Shown here piece after piece: positions 51,914-56,284 of a DNA stretch of 56,284 nt (position 1 is the stretch's first letter; each line of letters begins with the position of its first letter). The stretch is from contig CALVYN010000003.1 in assembly GCA_944372245.1 (NCBI GenBank), forward strand, positions 1-56,284. Reading direction: 5' to 3'. Origin of the DNA: an uncultured Bacilli bacterium. Lineage in GTDB: Bacteria > Bacillota_I > Bacilli_A > RFN20 > CAG-288. Below the pieces are notes generated by a model. The model was not told the DNA's origin. It saw nothing but the letters and a program-made list of their open reading frames with translations, and searched no databases. Position numbers and translations under genes: made by a program.

Positions 51914-52624
51914 TCACATGGCGACAGGCTGATAGATCAAGACGCCGATAGCGAACAGCAGCAGGTCCAGAGCCAGGACCGCATAGCCGACCCAGAGGTT
52001 GACCGCCATCCAGTTGACCTTGGGGCGGAGCCAGATGGTCGCGCCGTTCACCTCGGTCTTCTCCATGTTGGCCCAGTTCTTCAGCTTGGGGTTGAGGAAG
52101 AGGATCAGCAGGACGCCGGAGAGGGCGGCCGCCGCATAGCGGACCTCCATGTTCATGTTGACCATCTCGTACACGCCCTCGATCACCATGCTGAACAATC
52201 CGGTGCCGGCGATCAGGAAGATGCACACGACCCAGCTGATCAGTGCGGCCTTGATCCGGTCGAGGGGGACGAGGGTCGAGATGATGAAGCAGACCGCGGC
52301 CCCCAGGGAGAAGAGCAGGACGAAGATCGAGGCCAGGGTGACGGGGATGCCCTCGGTGTACTCGGGCACGATCATCCCGCCGAACAGCAGGGCCATGGCC
52401 AGGCCGGCCAGAGTGCCCGCGAAGGCGCCTAGATAGCGCAGGATGACCCCGCCCCGGCCCCCGACGAGGCTGGGGACCTCGGTGGGGAAGGTGTTGAAGA
52501 TGGTCGCCTTGTCCGGGTTATCCCTCTTGGCGCCCAAGCTGATTCCACAGCAGGTGATGTAGCCCAGGATGCTCAAGCAGGCCAGCGCCAGCATGATCAC
52601 GGTTGCGATGGAGTATGCGTTCAT
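51914..52624 (-). CDS. Hypothetical integral membrane protein (~6 TM)
   Basis: 236 aa, hydrophobic throughout. AGGAGG lies 10 nt upstream. No family recognised by eye. Confidence 0.7.
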   Translation of the reverse strand: MNAYSIATVIMLALACLSILGYITCCGISLGAKRDNPDKATIFNTFPTEVPSLVGGRGGVILRYLGAFAGTLAGLAMALLFGGMIVPEYTEGIPVTLASIFVLLFSLGAAVCFIISTLVPLDRIKAALISWVVCIFLIAGTGLFSMVIEGVYEMVNMNMEVRYAAAALSGVLLILFLNPKLKNWANMEKTEVNGATIWLRPKVNWMAVNLWVGYAVLALDLLLFAIGVLIYQPVAM

Positions 52625-52678
52625 TTGCCATCAGCCTCCTACTAGACTAAGGATTATCTATATAAGTATTTCAGACTT

Positions 52679-53341
52679 CTACTCTCTGAGGATATCTTCA
52701 AGCGCTCTTCGAGGGTCGTCAGCCATGCACAGGTAGGCGCCCGAGACCAGGATGTCTGCCCCGGCTCTGACGCAGACAGGGCCGGTACGATCGTTGATGC
52801 CACCATCGACTTCTACGAGGATATTGAGGTTGTTTTCTCTGATGTACTCTTTAATCTGATGGATTCTCTCATCGCTGCCCTCGATGAAGGACTGACCTGA
52901 GCGGCCGGGGACGACTGACATGACCATGACCTTGTCAAACTGGGGCAGGATGGCCCAGACCCGCTCGTCTAGGGGCGTGTCGGGATTGAGAGCTAGGCCG
53001 ATGATCCGCCCGTTGCGATAGTCCTTGATTCCCTGGAGGAAGGCGAAGGGGTCATCCAGGGCCTCGAGGTGGACAGTGACCTGGTCCGCGCCCAGGTTGA
53101 TGAAGTTCTGGACGTGGGTCAGCGGGTCGTTCACCATCAGGTGGACATCGGTCTGAAAGCCGCGGTGGGTGAAGAACTTGAAGAGGTGCTCGCCGAAGGA
53201 GATCCAGGGGGTGAAGTGGCCATCCATCACGTCGTAGTGGAGCAGGCTGACGCCCGCCTCCTTCATCCTCTCCAGCTCGCTATCAAGGCGAGAGAAGTCC
53301 AGCGAGAGAACCGAGGGGGCTACTAGGGGATAACCTTTCAT
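52679..53341 (-). CDS. rpe: Ribulose-phosphate 3-epimerase
   Basis: SVLSLDFSRL...HYDVMDGHF motif. rsgA-rpe synteny. Confidence 0.94.
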   Translation of the reverse strand: MKGYPLVAPSVLSLDFSRLDSELERMKEAGVSLLHYDVMDGHFTPWISFGEHLFKFFTHRGFQTDVHLMVNDPLTHVQNFINLGADQVTVHLEALDDPFAFLQGIKDYRNGRIIGLALNPDTPLDERVWAILPQFDKVMVMSVVPGRSGQSFIEGSDERIHQIKEYIRENNLNILVEVDGGINDRTGPVCVRAGADILVSGAYLCMADDPRRALEDILRE

Positions 53342-53344
53342 GAT

Positions 53345-54250
53345 CTATGCCTTTCTGCCGCGCGAGGAGTGGGAGGACCGGCGCTCGCGCGAGCTCTCTT
53401 CCGCAAGCTCGCCCATCAGCTTGAGGTAGTTCTGGTGCGACTCCTGGGCCAGCTCGCCCGCGGCGATGGCTCGCTCGATGGCGCAGCCCAGGATCCCGTT
53501 GTGCAGACAGCCCTTGAAGCGGCACTGGGGCGCGTAGTCAGCGTAGCCGGGAAAGTTCTCCGCCAGCGCTTCCTTAGTCAGGGCCAGGCGGAAGTCGGAG
53601 AAGCCGGGGGTGTCGGCTAGAAAGCCGCCTGCGAAGGGGAAGAGGGCCACCTCCTTGGTCTGGTGCACGCCGCGGCCCATGCTCTCGTCGAAGCGGCCGA
53701 TCGGCCGGTTGAAGGTCGGGTCGATCAGGTTGGCCAGCGAGGACTTGCCGACGCCGGTCTGACCCATGAAGGCGGTCACCTTGCCCTGGACCTTCTCCCG
53801 CAGGGCGGGCAGGTCCCCCTCGATGCCCCGGCCGACCCGATAGACGGAATAGCCCAGCTTCTCGTAGGCCCTGAGCCGGCGGTCGCAGCTCTCGCGGCCC
53901 GCCTCATCCAGGAGGTCCCACTTGGTCACGATGATGAAGGCCGGAGCCTCGGCGGCAGCGGTCGCGGTCAGATACTTGTCCAGAAGGAAGGTGGAGAGAT
54001 CCGGCTGGCGCGCGGCGACCGTCACCGCCACCTGGTCCAGGTTGGCCACGCGGGGTCTAGCTAAGACCCTGGTGCGGGGGAGGAAGGAGTCGATCTGATC
54101 CTGGTCGTCGACAATCACGATGTCGCCGATCATCGGCAGGCCGTCCTTGACGTCCCGACCCTTCCGGCGCTTGGCCCGGATGACCGAGCCGTCGTCGAGG
54201 TAGACCTCATACCCCAGCGAGGAGCTGTGCGTGATCCGTCCCCGCCTCAT
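53345..54250 (-). CDS. rsgA: Ribosome small-subunit-dependent GTPase RsgA (YloQ/CpgA)
   Basis: Circularly permuted GTPase motifs (TKWDL, GQTGVGKSSL) and C-terminal Zn-finger Cys/His cluster. The ATG at 54250 overlaps the kinase stop (ATGA). The upstream part of track ORF 53345..54568 lies inside the kinase gene. Confidence 0.9.
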   Translation of the reverse strand: MRRGRITHSSSLGYEVYLDDGSVIRAKRRKGRDVKDGLPMIGDIVIVDDQDQIDSFLPRTRVLARPRVANLDQVAVTVAARQPDLSTFLLDKYLTATAAAEAPAFIIVTKWDLLDEAGRESCDRRLRAYEKLGYSVYRVGRGIEGDLPALREKVQGKVTAFMGQTGVGKSSLANLIDPTFNRPIGRFDESMGRGVHQTKEVALFPFAGGFLADTPGFSDFRLALTKEALAENFPGYADYAPQCRFKGCLHNGILGCAIERAIAAGELAQESHQNYLKLMGELAEESSRERRSSHSSRGRKA

Positions 54251-55161
54251 CGCCTTCTCCTCCGGCGGGCCAGTGCGGTCTGGAGGGCGGACTTGATGCG
54301 GCTGAACAGGGTCCCCCGCCGCTGGACCATCTCGGGATTGTTCTTCACCCGCAGAATGTCCTCGCGCAGGTCGTAGGCGCTCTGATAGCGAGCCAGGGGC
54401 GACTTGGCGCAGCAGCGGTAGATGATCTTGGCCACCGAGTCGGGGCACTCGGAGTTGTAGTGGCGGATGTTGGGGAACTTGTCCCTCGCGTGCTTGGCGG
54501 CGATCGAGGCGGGGTCGTCCCCGTCGAAGGGGACGCGGCCGGTGATCAGCTCGAAGAAGGTGATACACATGCTGTAGATGTCCGACTGGGGCGTGGCCGG
54601 CTGGCTGTGGGAGACCTCGGGGGCCATGTAGTGGACCGAGCCGACGATATTCTGGGTGCGGGTGATGTGGGCGGCGTTCATGAAGGTGGCGATGCCGAAA
54701 TCGCCCAGCTTGATGGTCCCATCCGGCAGGAGGAAGATGTTCTCTGGTTTGATATCGCGGTGGATGACGCCCTTGCGGTGGGCGAAGAGGACGGCCCGGC
54801 AGAGCTGGCTCATCGCATCTAGAGCCTCGGGGATGGGCAGGCGCCCGCGCTGGTCCAGAACCTGGCGCAGAGTGCGGCCCTGGATGAACTCGTTGACGAT
54901 GAAGGGCCGGCCCTCGTAGTTTCCGACGTTGAGGACGCGGACGATGTTGGGGTGGCTCAGCTCGGCCGTGGTCTGAGCCTCGCGGCGGAACCGCTCGAGG
55001 TTGGCCTGGTCCCGCATGTTCTCATCCTTGATCATCTTCAGCGCCACCTTGTTGCCGGTGACGATGTCGATCGCCCGATAGACGGTGGCCATGCCGCCGC
55101 TGCCCAGCGGCTCGCCCTCGATGCGGTAGCGGCCGCAGATCAGGGTACCCCGGGGGTCCAC
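54247..55161 (-). CDS. prkC: Hanks-type Ser/Thr protein kinase, kinase domain only
   Basis: GSGGMATVY, VALK, HRDIKPEN, DFGIA. 304 aa ending in a basic RRRRRR tail. GTG start overlaps the prpC stop. Confidence 0.9.
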   Translation of the reverse strand: MDPRGTLICGRYRIEGEPLGSGGMATVYRAIDIVTGNKVALKMIKDENMRDQANLERFRREAQTTAELSHPNIVRVLNVGNYEGRPFIVNEFIQGRTLRQVLDQRGRLPIPEALDAMSQLCRAVLFAHRKGVIHRDIKPENIFLLPDGTIKLGDFGIATFMNAAHITRTQNIVGSVHYMAPEVSHSQPATPQSDIYSMCITFFELITGRVPFDGDDPASIAAKHARDKFPNIRHYNSECPDSVAKIIYRCCAKSPLARYQSAYDLREDILRVKNNPEMVQRRGTLFSRIKSALQTALARRRRRR

Positions 55162-55925
55162 TAGGCGCGCCTCCTCTCCAGCAGGGCGACCGAGATGTTG
55201 TCCTTGCCGCCGGCATCGTTGGCGGTGTTGATCAGGGCGATGACCTTGTGCTGGACATCGGTATCCTTGCGCAGGATGCGGCCGATGCTCCCGTCGGTGA
55301 CCATGGTGTACAGGCCGTCGGAGCAGAGCATGATGTAGGTGTAGTCGTTGGGGATCTCCTGAATGTGGCAGGTCATGCGGTCCTTGATGCCTAGGGCGTT
55401 GGTGATGATGTTCCTGTCGGGGTGGGAGCGGGCCTGCTGGCGGGTGATGGTGCCCCTCTCGACCAGGAGGCGGACATAGGAGTCATCCTGGGTGATCTGC
55501 TTGATGGTCACCCGGTCGGGCTTGAGGATGTAGGCTCGGGAGTCGCCCAGGCTGGCCACGATGGTCACCTTCTCCAACACCAGGGCGACCACGGCGGTCG
55601 TGCCCATGCCGTGGCACTCGGGACGGGCTTTAGCCATCTCGATGACGCGGCTGTTAGCTTCCTTGAGAGCTGAGCGAATCAATCTCTTCGCCGCGGTCGG
55701 AGATGGAGCCTTGCTCAGCGGCTCGAAGACCTCCTTGATGGTATTGAGGGCCAGGGAGGAGGCGACCTCGCCCCGCTGGTGGCCACCCATGCCGTCGAAG
55801 ACGCTCAACACGATGAAGCCGGGGCCCTTGATGAGCCCGGCCGAATCCTCGTTGTGGCTGCGCACCCGGCCGATGTCGGTCAGGGAGAAGGCGTCCAGCC
55901 TCACTTCACTTGATAACTTTTTCAT
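55161..55925 (-). CDS. prpC: PP2C-family Ser/Thr phosphatase
   Basis: TDIGRVRSHNEDS, FDGMGGH, DNISV motifs. Confidence 0.92.
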   Translation of the reverse strand: MKKLSSEVRLDAFSLTDIGRVRSHNEDSAGLIKGPGFIVLSVFDGMGGHQRGEVASSLALNTIKEVFEPLSKAPSPTAAKRLIRSALKEANSRVIEMAKARPECHGMGTTAVVALVLEKVTIVASLGDSRAYILKPDRVTIKQITQDDSYVRLLVERGTITRQQARSHPDRNIITNALGIKDRMTCHIQEIPNDYTYIMLCSDGLYTMVTDGSIGRILRKDTDVQHKVIALINTANDAGGKDNISVALLERRRA

Positions 55926-56284
55926 GGCGTGCCCTCAGCTGTCCGCAGGCAGCATCGATATCGGAGCCGAACTCCTTGCGCACGGTGGCCTTGATGCCGG
56001 CGTGCAGCAGGATGTTCTGGAAGCGTTTGACCGCCTCGCGCTCGGAGCGCTCGAAGGGTTTCTCGCGCACGGGGTTGTAGGGGATGAGATTGACGTAGCC
56101 GAAGGTCGGGCGGATCAGCTCGACCAGCTTGCGCGCGTCCTCCTCCGAGTCGTTGATGCCCTTGAGCATGATGTACTCGTAGGTGACGCGCCGGCCGTTG
56201 GAGTCGCGGCCGTACTGCATCACGGCGTCGATGAGCTTGGCCAGGGGATAGGCCTTGTCGATGGGCATGATCTGGCGCCGGGTC
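55906..56284 (-). CDS. rlmN: 23S rRNA/tRNA A2503/A37 C2-methyltransferase RlmN, C-terminal part (gene runs off the window)
   Basis: The C-terminal RlmN sequence (..LIPYNPV.., ACGQL) and the reading frame stay open to the window edge. rlmN-prpC-prkC synteny. Confidence 0.85.
   Translation of the reverse strand, partial: TRRQIMPIDKAYPLAKLIDAVMQYGRDSNGRRVTYEYIMLKGINDSEEDARKLVELIRPTFGYVNLIPYNPVREKPFERSEREAVKRFQNILLHAGIKATVRKEFGSDIDAACGQLRARHEKVIK

Overview
This is a 56.3-kb chromosomal window from a high-GC (about 60%) Bacillota genome. Its gene order closely follows Bacillus subtilis: cmk-der-gpsA, pgsA-cinA-recA, rny-ymdB-spoVS-miaB-ymcA, mutS-mutL-miaA, and rlmN-prpC-prkC-rsgA-rpe. It also carries the RNA polymerase delta subunit gene and a type-B RNase P RNA. 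I call about 47 protein genes, three single-gene tRNA units (Val-CAC, Thr-TGT, Leu-CAA), rnpB hidden under spurious ORFs, and many clean rho-independent terminators. Most genes have GGAGG Shine-Dalgarno sites, and several promoters are of the extended -10 type. Many long antisense ORFs in the track are high-GC artefacts. Transcription polarity flips from + to - at about 40.5 kb.

The most unusual element is a roughly 580-bp AT-rich non-coding stretch (47634-48210). It holds a ~207-bp tandem repeat with nine phased TGTG(C/T)AGAT-type boxes. The array is bracketed by 9-bp direct repeats and contains two small ORFs sharing the C-terminus YLCRFSI.

Other points worth a second look:
- miaA runs in frame, with no stop codon, into a ~133-aa cistron that has its own strong SD and sits where hfq normally lies.
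- Four enzymes look catalytically degenerate by eye: the AdhE ADH domain, the FolD N-terminal domain, a GH32 homolog lacking the nucleophile motif, and a PrkC-like kinase without TM or PASTA domains.
- A tandem pair of MacB-like fused ABC ATPase-permeases has very large extracytoplasmic domains.
- A GtrB-like GT2 plus GT-C glycosylation pair is inserted into the conserved rpe-rpmB neighbourhood, preceded by a 400-nt leader with an orphan terminator.

All functional calls come from motif recognition and by-eye alignment. No database search was run.
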